From IMG/VR virus record IMGVR_UViG_3300029955_000001: a stretch of 64,000 nt of DNA, one strand, 5' to 3'. The number at the start of each line of letters is the position of its first letter. Positions within the stretch are counted from its first letter, which is position 1. The stretch comes from a virus. Lineage: Duplodnaviria; Caudoviricetes. Under the pieces are notes generated by a model that worked only from the letters and a program-made list of their open reading frames with translations, ran no database searches and was not told the origin of the DNA. A program made the translations under genes and the position numbers. Shown one piece after another: positions 46,143 to 57,500 of this stretch.

Positions 46143-46547
46143 CTATTGTTTCAAAAGTTTTAATGCTTCGTCCAGTGTCGATATTGTTTCAGATGAAAAT
46201 GTACGATCTATATTACTGGCAAAACTAAGTATACTTCTCTTAATTTTAGATGCATTGTGAATAGCAGTATAACATACAATCGGAGCAATTCTACCAACTC
46301 TATCAGGTTCTTCAGAATCAACCTCTACATAACAATATTTTTTGTTTTTCTGGCACTGAACATGATTTTTATTAAAAATCATCTTACCAGATTTTACAAC
46401 ATCGCTAACGGATGAATAAATATTTTGTCTAAGAGAAGTTTCTGTTCCAGATAATTCTGTTCCATTAATAAAAATATGATCGTCTGAAGTATTGTCTAAA
46501 TGTTGCACCCAACAAACTATATCACCGTCTTCCAATTCATCATTCAC
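46143..46547 (-). CDS. Hypothetical protein inserted in the head-protein array
   Basis: 134 aa; no processing sites; overlaps the stop of the upstream gene. Confidence 0.55.
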   Translation of the reverse strand: MNDELEDGDIVCWVQHLDNTSDDHIFINGTELSGTETSLRQNIYSSVSDVVKSGKMIFNKNHVQCQKNKKYCYVEVDSEEPDRVGRIAPIVCYTAIHNASKIKRSILSFASNIDRTFSSETISTLDEALKLLKQ

Positions 46548-47922
46548 TTTTTTTACCAGAAGGATCTAACGTTTTGTTATTACTTGTAGAACCATAAAGC
46601 TTTAATGTTTCTCTAACGAGTTTTAATAAGCTATTACATGTTCGTATTGTGTACGAGCCCACATCAACAGCCGGTTGGTCCATCAAACGAATTGCGCTTA
46701 TTATAACTGTTCTGTTATCTCTAAGTGCGTCTTTAATAGCTTCACTATGGTTACCTTGGTGTATTTGATTTAATAGGCCCAGACTCATTATACGCATTTC
46801 GTTTTTTACATGAGTGAACTGAGAAAGTGAACTCTTGTATGTTATCACGTCAGAAAGAATAGCATCTATATCTGTCAGGATTGTTCCTAGATCACCAGTG
46901 CTCAGTATTGGTATTTCTTTATCGGTTGTTTCTGGAGTATTAGAATTGAAAGGACGAATTGCTGCACGTATTTTTGATAGCGTTTGAATTCCATCTTTTC
47001 CATTTAGATCAGTATTCCAAATATGATTATAAATTGCTTTACCGCCAAAAAGTTCTTCTGAACGAACTACTTTTAATGGAGGGGTTGTTGAAAAATCATT
47101 AGGTATATTATTCTCAGCTACTATTGTTCTGTCGTTATCTTCGCTTTTTGGGATACGGAAACTACTATCAATGGGGTATGCCGTATCTCTCTTTTCGCCA
47201 AACAGGATATTAAGTAACTTACCCATTTTAACATTAGAACTTAACGAATTATTAAACGTATCGTGAACAGCATCTTTAAAATTATTTAACGATGTCTTAA
47301 TGTTAACTGGAAAATGACCAGCGATATTTAACGATCTAACAAGATATTCATTTTCGAATTTATCTTCTTTTGGAGAAACAGAAGCTCCGGGAATTCTTCC
47401 TCGTAACTCTTTTACTTCTTCTTTTAACTTATCAGCACTTAAGAAAATATTCAAGAAGAAATTCTTTACCATCTCAATTGATTTCTTAATCAATTCTATA
47501 ATTTTTGCCCATACTTCTTTAGCTACTTCAGCAATGCCTTCTAACGACATTGTTGCTGTGGTGTTAATTGTTTCTAACGAAACAGATTTTCTTAATGCAT
47601 TTACAGAATTATTTACAGTGGTATTTGTATTCTTATTCTTTTTAGAATCACGAGCTATCACGTTAGCAATTGCTTCCAATGATTCCATAACACGCATCGA
47701 TTGATCTATCTCTTGGTCAACAGCGGTAATTGCTTGTTCATTTTCACCAATAGTACCTGTGGCTATTTCTAATTTTTCAGGATTACCATCTAGACCCATT
47801 CCTTCAGCTTCCATTTGTGAACGAATGATTTCCTCTTGTGATCTTGTATCAGCAGTTGGTTCAAGTGTAATTACGTCTGGATTTACAACAGTATCAGGAT
47901 TTACCTCAACAACATCACTCAT
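46540..47922 (-). CDS. Internal head/ejection protein paralog
   Basis: ESLEAIA, SLET, SLEGIAEVAKEVWAKIIELIKK; C-terminal helix similar to its neighbours. Confidence 0.75.
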   Translation of the reverse strand: MSDVVEVNPDTVVNPDVITLEPTADTRSQEEIIRSQMEAEGMGLDGNPEKLEIATGTIGENEQAITAVDQEIDQSMRVMESLEAIANVIARDSKKNKNTNTTVNNSVNALRKSVSLETINTTATMSLEGIAEVAKEVWAKIIELIKKSIEMVKNFFLNIFLSADKLKEEVKELRGRIPGASVSPKEDKFENEYLVRSLNIAGHFPVNIKTSLNNFKDAVHDTFNNSLSSNVKMGKLLNILFGEKRDTAYPIDSSFRIPKSEDNDRTIVAENNIPNDFSTTPPLKVVRSEELFGGKAIYNHIWNTDLNGKDGIQTLSKIRAAIRPFNSNTPETTDKEIPILSTGDLGTILTDIDAILSDVITYKSSLSQFTHVKNEMRIMSLGLLNQIHQGNHSEAIKDALRDNRTVIISAIRLMDQPAVDVGSYTIRTCNSLLKLVRETLKLYGSTSNNKTLDPSGKKSE

Positions 47923-47948
47923 GTTCGCTCCAGATAAATAAAAAAAGA

Positions 47949-47990
47949 GTAATCCAGTTTAGTTAAACCTTCTAACTAAACTGGATTACG
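47949..47990 (-). terminator. Hairpin terminator
   Basis: GTAATCCAGTTT(T)AGTTA...TAACTAAACTGGATTAC. Confidence 0.7.
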
Positions 47991-48003
47991 TTAACTACTA
48001 ATG

Positions 48004-50424
48004 TTACTTATGCAGTCTCAATGACGATTCCGCATAATCAAGCAATGCGTTAGATGTTGTCATACACGGTTCAAAGAAACTGTATGAAGTACCTGCGCTA
48101 AGCCATTCAGTAAATGTTAATAAGGAGCGCATTTCGCTGATGAAAGACGAAGTGCCCTTACCACCAAATGCCTTCGATAGTTTATTGCCGATAGCTTTAC
48201 CAGCAGCAGCCCCTGCGGCAGTACCAGCGGCAACAGAATAAACCCCGGTATTAAAGCCAGTTTCTTCCTTAATACGATTACCAAGCGCCAACCCACCTAC
48301 AGCGCCAGCTATAGTGCCAACAGTACCGCCAATTTGTTCACCATACGACACGTATTTCTGAAGTTCATTAATATTTGACTCAAGCAATGCTTCCAGACGA
48401 TACCATTCTTTTTCTCCAAACGCTACATATGTGCAAATAGAGATTACGTCTTGAACCACTTCTTTGGCTTCTTGTAGATTCAATACTTTTAATTGCGTGA
48501 TAGGATTACCTTCTGTTCGTACTTTTGAAACAGAAATCTCAACGCTATCTAAGTTATTGAAAATCTCAGCGCCAGGACAGTTATCTTCTGGCATCACCCC
48601 AACGATTGCCCTATTGCCAAACAATACGTGGCTTGACAATAAAGTAAAACCTTTTGGTGGAATCGAATCATAGTCAACTTTGTTCTTATCAGGCGTTTGC
48701 GTAAACACTTTACGATTGATTTTGAATTCAATTGCATTCAGGAATTCTTCTTTTGTTTCCTTAGCAATAATATTCTTGAAATTAGTAACGGTGGGACCAA
48801 AACCAGTTTCCAAGAAATTACTAAATACTTCTTTCGTAACGGAAGCGAACTCTTTAGATTCGCCAGAGAAGTTTGTAGGAACGCCATCGCCAATTGCCAA
48901 AGCTTTTGCTAAACGCTTGTGCGAGAACACTGTTTCAGTTGCAGTTCCTTTTGCAGAATTGATAGTGGTCAGTAGCTTCTTAGCACGATTATCAATCTTC
49001 TTAAACGTCAAGTAACGACGACGGAAGTAACGTGAAATTGTTTCAAGCGTAGTGCGCAGTGCTTTGATAATTGAGTTCTTGATTTTACCAACGCTGGATT
49101 TGATATCTTCCATCGCGAGCTTGGTTACTAATTCGGCATCTTTTGCATTCGTATTTTCAGTGATAGATTCTAAAGATACAAACGCGCTAGATTGACGAAT
49201 ACCAACACGCATGTACATATGTTCCAGTGATACAGCCAGGATATCGCTCGATATCTTACTAATGCCGCCCTTCGACAATGAATCTTCGAGTGTGTAATAA
49301 AGCGATTCCAAAGCTTCGGCTACTTCTTCAGCTTCTTGAATCTGGTTTTCACTGTTGTCATCAAAAGGTTCATCACCTTCTTGTTGAATCTCTACGAGAT
49401 CATCAGCGATACCTTCGTCGTTTGACGATAGATCGGTATCATCAATTTCGACAATCGCGTCTCCCGCATCAGGTGTCAGATCAGCAGCAGCTGGATCAGC
49501 TTGTGTTTGTCCTTCAGCTGGCTCGGTAGGAACCGGTGGAGGGGTTTCAGGCATAGCAGGTGCTACATCAGTCCCGGCTGTCGGTTCAGTCGAAGCTTCG
49601 GTTGGAGGAATTTCTCCATCTGGGTTAACCGGTGCATCATCTGCTGGTGGAGGTGCTTCGCCAGTAACAGCCGCATCAGGTGCAGGAGCGCCGTCTTGCG
49701 GAGAAGGTGGTACATTATCAGCAGCAGGGGCAGGTGCAGCAGCATCAGGAACAGCAGGTGTAGCTGGTTCTGAAACAGGAGGAGTAGCGGTAGCTGTCGG
49801 AACAGGTGCGTTAGCTGGTGCACCATCTTCAGGAGAAGTCACTTTATCATCTTCTACATCTGGAGGAAGACCTGTTTGATCATCTTCCAGTGCTGGATTG
49901 GCTTTTGCTTTAGCAGCTGCTGGAACTGTTTTAGTGGTAGCTGCCACTGGTTGTGTGACAGTCATTGCTTTAGCTTTAGTAGGCCCGCCAGATACGCCGG
50001 TTGCTGTAGGAGTAATCTTACCATGTGGAATAGCATTACCTTTTACTTTCATGCTAACAAAAGCTTTAGTAAGAGCTTCAGCAACCATGTTTGCACAACC
50101 TTGCATATCTTCATCAGATAACCGAACACCGTCATCGTCTGAATGCTGAGCAGCAACAGCAGCTGCTTCTTGTTCATCGGTCAATGGAGTAAGACCTTCT
50201 GTAGCTGTTGTTGCTTCTTCTTTAGCTGCTTTCTTTGCAGCTTCCTCATCTCGATGACCTTTAATAGCCCCACCAGCTGCCAACAAACCTTCTGCTAATT
50301 CTTCAGCACGTTTTACAGCTTCTGCATCACCTACTGTCGCTACAGCAGCTCCTGCAATAGTACCAGCCACGTCTTCTAGTGCCGGTGTTGCGTAGTAATT
50401 CTCGAGTTTCTTAATGCGGCGCAT
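48004..50424 (-). CDS. Large internal head/ejection protein with a Pro/Ala/acidic linker and a glycine zipper
   Basis: Multiple ALE/ATE/SLE/AME sites; ~170-aa P/A/D/E-rich tract; GGTVGTIAGAVGG..AAGTAAGAAAGKAIG. Confidence 0.75.
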   Translation of the reverse strand: MRRIKKLENYYATPALEDVAGTIAGAAVATVGDAEAVKRAEELAEGLLAAGGAIKGHRDEEAAKKAAKEEATTATEGLTPLTDEQEAAAVAAQHSDDDGVRLSDEDMQGCANMVAEALTKAFVSMKVKGNAIPHGKITPTATGVSGGPTKAKAMTVTQPVAATTKTVPAAAKAKANPALEDDQTGLPPDVEDDKVTSPEDGAPANAPVPTATATPPVSEPATPAVPDAAAPAPAADNVPPSPQDGAPAPDAAVTGEAPPPADDAPVNPDGEIPPTEASTEPTAGTDVAPAMPETPPPVPTEPAEGQTQADPAAADLTPDAGDAIVEIDDTDLSSNDEGIADDLVEIQQEGDEPFDDNSENQIQEAEEVAEALESLYYTLEDSLSKGGISKISSDILAVSLEHMYMRVGIRQSSAFVSLESITENTNAKDAELVTKLAMEDIKSSVGKIKNSIIKALRTTLETISRYFRRRYLTFKKIDNRAKKLLTTINSAKGTATETVFSHKRLAKALAIGDGVPTNFSGESKEFASVTKEVFSNFLETGFGPTVTNFKNIIAKETKEEFLNAIEFKINRKVFTQTPDKNKVDYDSIPPKGFTLLSSHVLFGNRAIVGVMPEDNCPGAEIFNNLDSVEISVSKVRTEGNPITQLKVLNLQEAKEVVQDVISICTYVAFGEKEWYRLEALLESNINELQKYVSYGEQIGGTVGTIAGAVGGLALGNRIKEETGFNTGVYSVAAGTAAGAAAGKAIGNKLSKAFGGKGTSSFISEMRSLLTFTEWLSAGTSYSFFEPCMTTSNALLDYAESSLRLHK

Positions 50425-50452
50425 TTGTTTACTCCAATTTTAAAGTTAAAGA

Positions 50453-51049
50453 TTAAGCATTCCCAAATAGGATGTGCAGTGTGCCTAACATGTCTTCTAA
50501 ACCACCATCGTGGCTAATCCATTTTTGGATTACAGATGTCAAGCTGTTACCAAAGTCGTGTTTGAATAAGTTCTTTGCATATTCAGAAACAGGACCGACA
50601 GAATTACCTTCGTCAGTCATTGTTATCAAAGAACCCCACGTCATTAAGCCCATTTCCCGACGACCTTCATTAATATAACGAAGAGTGTCAGTAAGGAATC
50701 TATTATGCAAATCACCACATGCAGGACTCTGATGCTGTGACAAATACCAAGATCTGAAACTCCGTGTACCAAATGCTCCCAGTGCCGTCAGCAACGTTTC
50801 TTTACGAAAATCAAAAGAACCCCAAGAAGGATTCTTTTTAATATATTGAGCATACAGCGCCTCAACATGCGGATTCGCTGGAGGACCACCTTTCGATGAT
50901 TTCTTATCATTCACAGTGTACTGAGTCATTTTCAACACACCCGTAAAAGGCTTAGGAGTGCGTTCAGTTTGCGAATTGATGTTAGCACCCAGGAAACCAC
51001 GCGGGTACAGCCTAAACTGTTGTGAGTCAGCTGATTGGTTACTAAGCAT
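50453..51049 (-). CDS. Conserved phiKZ-like protein (true start probably MTQYTV)
   Basis: WY..QH.SP..GDLHNRFL.DTL.YI..G.R; IQKWIS..GGLEDML.TLHILFG. Confidence 0.65.
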   Translation of the reverse strand: MLSNQSADSQQFRLYPRGFLGANINSQTERTPKPFTGVLKMTQYTVNDKKSSKGGPPANPHVEALYAQYIKKNPSWGSFDFRKETLLTALGAFGTRSFRSWYLSQHQSPACGDLHNRFLTDTLRYINEGRREMGLMTWGSLITMTDEGNSVGPVSEYAKNLFKHDFGNSLTSVIQKWISHDGGLEDMLGTLHILFGNA

Positions 51050-51941
51050 AGTCTTTCTCCATCTTGATAATTTTATAATTCAAATCATCAATACGTTTTT
51101 CCATATATTGAATTTGTTTCTGTACAGCTGCGTCGGGCTTACCTTCTGACAGCTTTTCCATATTTAATTTACGTAACTGGCAAAGTGACATTTCTTCTTT
51201 AGCAGCTTTATAACGTTCAGCTTGGTGTTCTGCTACCATAAGACGAAGGTGATAAATCGGATTAACCCAAGTAGCAATCAAGCCCATGTTAAACGGATCA
51301 ATACGACTACTACCAAGGGTAGCGCTTAGACTAGGGCCATTTTCTTCAGTGATACGAATATCAGGGATATCGTCTAGTTGTTTCTTCAGACTATCAGGAC
51401 TACCGTTCAGAATACTCAGCGCTGTACAAAACGATAGGAAATTAGAATTAATCCATTCTAATTCATACGGTGTTATTGCATCGCGCGATTCTGAGCCTTC
51501 GTCTGGAAACTCAGCTGATTCAAGTACATAAACGTAAATAAGAAACTTCCGCGAGTACTTGGAAACAAAACCTGACAGTTCTACTAATTGCAGAAGGTTG
51601 GCTTTTAGATAAGTAAAACCAGAACCAGAAACATCTTCCATGAAACATTTGTTTACGAGTTCTTCGATGATGTCGAGATTTGTGATTACTGCCTTCAGTG
51701 ACTTTTCTATTGTTCCAATGATATTCCCACCACCATCACTTTTTACAAGTCGGCCAAATTGAGCGTTCTTATCTTTCATCTCTTTCGATTTAAACTTCCA
51801 GCCCTTAAACAATGGTGTTGCTGACTCAAATGCAGGGAGGGTACATTCTCGAATCTCCCCACGAGTTATTCGAAGATCCTCTATGACACGATCACGCTTG
51901 AAATTAGGAAGCAAAGACTTTATATAATCGATGATTTTCAT
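51042..51941 (-). CDS. phiKZ gp90-like inner-body head protein
   Basis: MKI.DYIKSLLPNF.RD.V.EDL; NPIYH.RL..AE.Q..RY...KEE; synteny. Confidence 0.7.
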   Translation of the reverse strand: MKIIDYIKSLLPNFKRDRVIEDLRITRGEIRECTLPAFESATPLFKGWKFKSKEMKDKNAQFGRLVKSDGGGNIIGTIEKSLKAVITNLDIIEELVNKCFMEDVSGSGFTYLKANLLQLVELSGFVSKYSRKFLIYVYVLESAEFPDEGSESRDAITPYELEWINSNFLSFCTALSILNGSPDSLKKQLDDIPDIRITEENGPSLSATLGSSRIDPFNMGLIATWVNPIYHLRLMVAEHQAERYKAAKEEMSLCQLRKLNMEKLSEGKPDAAVQKQIQYMEKRIDDLNYKIIKMEKDYA

Positions 51942-52021
51942 TTTTAGTACTATCCTAGAATTTATTAGGTTAATAAAAGAGATGGCGTTGTTCTTGTTTA
52001 ATAAGGATAATTATATCTTAT

Positions 52022-53302
52022 TTATAACGAAGGGGCGTTACCTAATTGGTACGCTTTCAGCACGTCACTTACATCTGGACCTGCACCCTTATTGCTTGAT
52101 TTCAAGTCACGCATAGAACACTCAGTAGGCAAGTGAATTCCTCTGTGATAGAAAGTAACTCTATCCATTTGTTTATCAATCACAGCTACAATCATGAGAT
52201 ATGTCTCTTTGAATAATTTTTCTCTTATCTTAAAATTATCGAACTTGCCATCTAGATGTAGTTCTAATTTAGAAATAGCATCTGTCGTAGTAACTACCAA
52301 GTTAGAAGCATTAGCAAGTGACGGCGACATTGACGCTAACATGACATTGCTGTTGTTACGATTACGCTGTACGATGTTGGAGTAGATACCTTCTTTATCC
52401 TTCATCAAATTAGTACGATGCGCATCAATAACGTCCTGACAGAATATAAGATCTCTCCAGAATTCTAAGCGACCAGACTTCCAACCATGATAGCGTTCTT
52501 TAGCTGTTTCAAGTTTATCTTGACCGTTAATAGATAGAATATGAATCAAGCTGTTAGTTGGTATTACGTTAGCTAACAAGCGAACTTGAATTGGGATAGA
52601 TGCTTTATGGATACCATCTGTGATATCGACACTAAATAATTTACCAACAGATAAGTTAGAGATTTCTTTTAATGTTGAAAGAGTATCCCTACCAATGCCA
52701 AATTCTGATGTTTCGTGGCGATCTTTAAATTCTTGGATCTTAGAAACTTCATCGAACATGGATTTATCTTGTTTCATTTTAGTGTCGCGATTATCACGAT
52801 ATTTGTCCTCCATCCTTGCTGCTTCACGTTCTTTTAATGCGTCTGCTTCTTTTCTCTTTTCATACTCGAACCGTTCTTCTGCTAGTTCTTGTGGTGGCTT
52901 TGCTTCGAGAGCAAGTTCATAAGGAACAGGGAGACGATCTTGAAATGACTCAGCGCCATAAGCACCAATTAACGCTGTCTTCATATCACGAGTTGGGTTT
53001 ATCTTATCGAGATGTTGCAATACATTTACCTTACCAATTGTCATGGACAATGCAACAGCTTGTAGGTAATAGCCTGCAAAAATAGAAAGAAGAGATTGCT
53101 GTACTTCAGTTAGATTGTCGTAATACAAACAATCTGCATCGATCAAAACAACAGGTTCGACGCGACTTACTCTTGTGTAGTCAATAAGATTGTCAGGAGC
53201 AATACCAGTATCAACTACTCTTGATCCCCAAATTGACGCTATTTTAGAAACAACGGTAAGACTAGCTTGGATACCCGCTGCAAGCACTGCTGACGTAATC
53301 AT
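52022..53302 (-). CDS. phiKZ gp89-like inner-body head protein
   Basis: DYTRVSRVEP..LID, LLSIFAGYYLQAV, NLSVGKLFSV, GRLEFWRDLIFCQD.ID. Confidence 0.75.
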   Translation of the reverse strand: MITSAVLAAGIQASLTVVSKIASIWGSRVVDTGIAPDNLIDYTRVSRVEPVVLIDADCLYYDNLTEVQQSLLSIFAGYYLQAVALSMTIGKVNVLQHLDKINPTRDMKTALIGAYGAESFQDRLPVPYELALEAKPPQELAEERFEYEKRKEADALKEREAARMEDKYRDNRDTKMKQDKSMFDEVSKIQEFKDRHETSEFGIGRDTLSTLKEISNLSVGKLFSVDITDGIHKASIPIQVRLLANVIPTNSLIHILSINGQDKLETAKERYHGWKSGRLEFWRDLIFCQDVIDAHRTNLMKDKEGIYSNIVQRNRNNSNVMLASMSPSLANASNLVVTTTDAISKLELHLDGKFDNFKIREKLFKETYLMIVAVIDKQMDRVTFYHRGIHLPTECSMRDLKSSNKGAGPDVSDVLKAYQLGNAPSL

Positions 53303-53332
53303 TATTCAATTCCTTTAATAGAGGTTTTTCAG

Positions 53333-54508
53333 ATGGCAATCAATAATACAAAACCTACAATACCGAATGAAGCTGCGGGGCCAACAGTATCAGCCATTAT
53401 GTCGGCTGGTGGGTTAGGCACACCAAGAGACGCAATAGATAAAATATTTAGCACTTCTCCTATTGGTCCTATCACAACAACAATCGGTGATAATTTTTAT
53501 GGTATTAATCATAGACAAACACCAGGTCCAGTTCAGATTAACAAAGATTATTTTGGCTTAACGTTTTTCACAAGACCTTTATTAAATTTATCTACAGTTA
53601 ACATAAGAACAGTTCGGCAGCTAACTCCATTATTAACAAATGATAGCAATAGCATACCGCGTATTATACGATGTCTGCTAGATCCTGATTTAGATGTAAA
53701 TGAAGGAATTACTTGTTCACTAGTGGATAGCCAACAAGCGTTTATTCCTGTGCTGACTAATTACTTACAATCGGTAACTGGATGGCAAGATATTATTGCG
53801 CCTACCTATACATCAAATCCTGGTGTTTATCAAGAAACGTTTGGTTTTGTTGATGGCACAACACAAAACTACACGACATACGATATACAGGCCAGTTTCA
53901 GAAATTTACCTGGTGACCCAATTACAGCACTGTTTACAACATGGATACGCTACGCATCGCTGGTGTATGAAGGTGTTCTTGTACCTTATCCACAGTATAT
54001 TGTGGAAAATGAAATAGATTACAATACACGTATATATCGTCTCGTTTTGGATAACACGAAAACAAAGGTACAGAAGATTGCTTGTTGTGGAGCATCGTTC
54101 CCAATTAGTGCTCCTACCTCCGCTGTTTTCAATTACGAACATGGTAAACCAATCAATGATTCTAACGATCAAATCACTATTCAATTTAGAGCAATGGGTA
54201 TGTGTTACTCTGATGATATTGTGATTGATGAATTTAATAAAACAGTTGCGTTCTTTAATGACGGAATGAGTGCTAAGAATTTTATAGCACCAACAGGCAA
54301 TAATACAGCATGGACAAATTCGGCGTATACGCAAATACCAATGGCAGCTTTAACGATTTTTAATAATCGTGGTTACCCTAGAATAAATCCTTACAATTAT
54401 AATTTAGAATGGTGGGTAGATAATGCGCTATATAGCTATATGCTACCTGACTATACTAACGCGATTAATCAAGGAACGGTAGCACAAAACGCAAGTGCGA
54501 CGCCATAG
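53333..54508 (+). CDS. phiKZ gp88-like virion (baseplate/tube-like) protein
   Basis: DYFGLTFFTRP.LNLS, F.PVLTN.L.S..GW.D, EIDY.TRIYRLVLD; divergent plus-strand pair as in phiKZ-type genomes. Confidence 0.75.
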   Translation: MAINNTKPTIPNEAAGPTVSAIMSAGGLGTPRDAIDKIFSTSPIGPITTTIGDNFYGINHRQTPGPVQINKDYFGLTFFTRPLLNLSTVNIRTVRQLTPLLTNDSNSIPRIIRCLLDPDLDVNEGITCSLVDSQQAFIPVLTNYLQSVTGWQDIIAPTYTSNPGVYQETFGFVDGTTQNYTTYDIQASFRNLPGDPITALFTTWIRYASLVYEGVLVPYPQYIVENEIDYNTRIYRLVLDNTKTKVQKIACCGASFPISAPTSAVFNYEHGKPINDSNDQITIQFRAMGMCYSDDIVIDEFNKTVAFFNDGMSAKNFIAPTGNNTAWTNSAYTQIPMAALTIFNNRGYPRINPYNYNLEWWVDNALYSYMLPDYTNAINQGTVAQNASATP

Positions 54509-54573
54509 CCGAATTCATTTGAACAAACAGTTATAAATCCTGGTAACTCTTATTATTAGAATGATACTTAAAC

Positions 54574-57500
54574 ATGACAGCCTCTACGATTGTTATTCCT
54601 GCGTCAGCGCAGAGCATTACCGCGTCCACTGCCGGTATACCAGAATCTACGGTAATCAACGCGTCTACTAACAACACCGCATCTGTTCCTGGTAGTGTTA
54701 ATAATTCTGCAGCGACATCAGCCATTACAAGTTCTGTTAGTACTCTACTCAGTAACGTAACTAGATATATGTACAACCCAGCCGGTATACAACAATCTGT
54801 ACTAGCTGTGCTAGATCAAGTTACAAACGGAACGATGAACATTGTTGATCCAACAAGCCCGTTCTTATATTCGTTAGAATCTTCTGCTGTTTTAACTGCC
54901 GGGTTTATGCAAGAGAATGCAGCGAATACACGTAAGTTATATCCGATGGCTGCTCAGACACCGTCAGATCTATACACACATATGTCTGATTTAGATTATT
55001 TGAATCGTTTTGCTGTCCCTGCTACTGCTTCTTTCTTTATTATTCTTCCATTAGCTCAACTGTTATCTAAAATGGTAACCGACCCAGCGACTGGAATTAA
55101 CATGGTTGTCATCCCACGTAATTCGTATTTTACTGTGGCAGATACAACATTCAGCATACAGTATCCAATACAGATTAGACAGATGCAACATGGTGGTATT
55201 TCTGTTGTTTATGATACAACTATAACTTCACCAATGCAGCAGTTAGATACAAATGTTATTCCTTATGAGTTATTAACAAATAACGACGGCACAGAATGGA
55301 TTCGACTTCAATTCGAAACATATCAATTTGACATCATTAGTCAAACAGGTTCGTTGGACGCATCAACTGATTTCTCTATCGATATTTCATTTACAGATCA
55401 GTATTATTTCTGTCGTGTATACACACAAAACTTAACAACTGGTTTATATACTGAAATTGTTACAACACATACAGATCAGATTTATGACCCAACAATACCA
55501 ACTGCTGTTTTAACTGTTACTGCTAAATCAATTAATGTAACTATACCACAAATTTATACAAGTACGTCTTTATTAAATTCTGGTATTCGTATTGATGTAT
55601 ACGAAACAAAAGGCATACTGAATATGATCTTGTGGGAATATCCAATAGGGTCGTGTGTAGGCACATGGGAAGCGTATGATCCTAATGATCAAACTATATT
55701 CACAGCGCCATTACCAACACTGACCACAGTTGTTATTTATTCCGATGACGCAGTATCTGGTGGTAAGAACGCAATGACGTTCACGCAACTACGTCAGCAA
55801 GTAATTACAAACGCCATTGGTGCTCCATCATTACCAATTACAAACACACAAATTGAAACAGCATTAGCAGTGGCAGGATATACAATCGTTAAAAATGTGG
55901 ACTCGATTACAAACCGTATATATCTTGCAACACGACCTATGCCTACGCCAATTAACACAGCGTTGTTAACAGCGGCGTCTGCTAGCATTGAAACAGTGTC
56001 AATTGTAATTAGTGCTATTGCTACGAATACAGCTATAATTGATAACGGCACAAGCATTACGTTAACGCCGAATGTTATTTATCAAAATAACAACGGCATA
56101 GTAACCGTTGTCCCTAGTAGTCAAGTAGCTGCGTTGCAAGCTTTATCACCTTCGTCTTTAGCTGTTGCTGTAAGTAGCGGTAATTTCTTATATACGCCTT
56201 TCCACTATGTATTGGATATGGCGAATAACGAATTTAATATGCGACCTTACTACCTAGATGATCCTGTTATTAATACGAAATTATTTGTAGCTGAAAACGA
56301 TTCCACATTAATTCAAGTGGGAACTCAAGCTTACTCTATCAGTAGAACAAATACTGGTTTTAGTATTCAGATCGTTACACAGTCTACTTCAGTCTATCAG
56401 TCTTTACCCGATAATGAAGTATATGCTCAACTTTCTTTCACGCCAGAAGGCGAAACAGCTAACGCGTTTATTAACGGTGTACAAACAGGAACAACAAGCG
56501 CTGGTGAACGTATATACACATTTGATCTCAGTACGAATTTCTATTTAGATATAAACAATAATATTGGTTTAACAAAATTCTTCATGTTTACTGACCAGTC
56601 TATTGTTGTGTATGCTGGGTTGAATACTATATTTAATGTGTTGTATGCTACTACTTCTGTAATGGGTTCTCAGTGGAGTTCTGATTCTGTTGATACGAAT
56701 ATTGGTAAGTTCTTATTGCCAAATAACGCAGTAGGCATTACACAGGAACAACTAAATGTAACATTTGGATATGCGCTTACGACATTGTGGGCAGAAGCTA
56801 GAAGTGTGGTTTCTTCGGAGCAATATGAAACATACACAGCTAATGTACCATGGACATATCAAGCAGATGTTTACACAACAGATAACAATGGTTCATCAAT
56901 TAACATCGTAAATGGTCAAGTTGTTTACAACATTCTGCATCATGCCGGTGATCCTGTTTTAGAAACAAACGGAACACCTTCATATCAGCATTTAGCAGGT
57001 GATACGGTTCTTGATTCAAATGGGAACCCTGTTATCACTAACGCACGTGGCATGATGCGTATGATTGATTTAATGATGATAGAGGGCGCATATTGGTTTG
57101 CTACGGATTCTGTATCTACTGGATATAGGACAGATCTAACACGAACTGTTGTAGGATGGTTGACAGAAGATCTAGTTGTATTGTCTACCGATCTACTGGA
57201 GAACACTGAACTTCTATTCTATCCAGCTACTAGTCTTGGGCAGATCAATGTTAATGTTGGTAATAGTGTTATTGTTACTTTAGAAGCAGGTCAGGTATTT
57301 GTTGTTAATTTGTTTGTTCCAAATACGACACTTAATAATTTAGCTTTACGTGCTAATATTGAAACAACAACTATCCAAGTCATTAGTGCTGCATTAACAG
57401 CGACCACAATATCCATTGATCAGATAGTTACTAGTTTACGTGCTCAGTACGGCACAGATGTAACCTCAGTTCAATTGTCCGGATTTGGCGGTAGTTTAAA

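Noticed and set aside
49278-50149. Multiple overlapping alternative-frame ORFs
   Set aside because: Artefacts of the low-complexity Pro/Ala linker in 48004..50424
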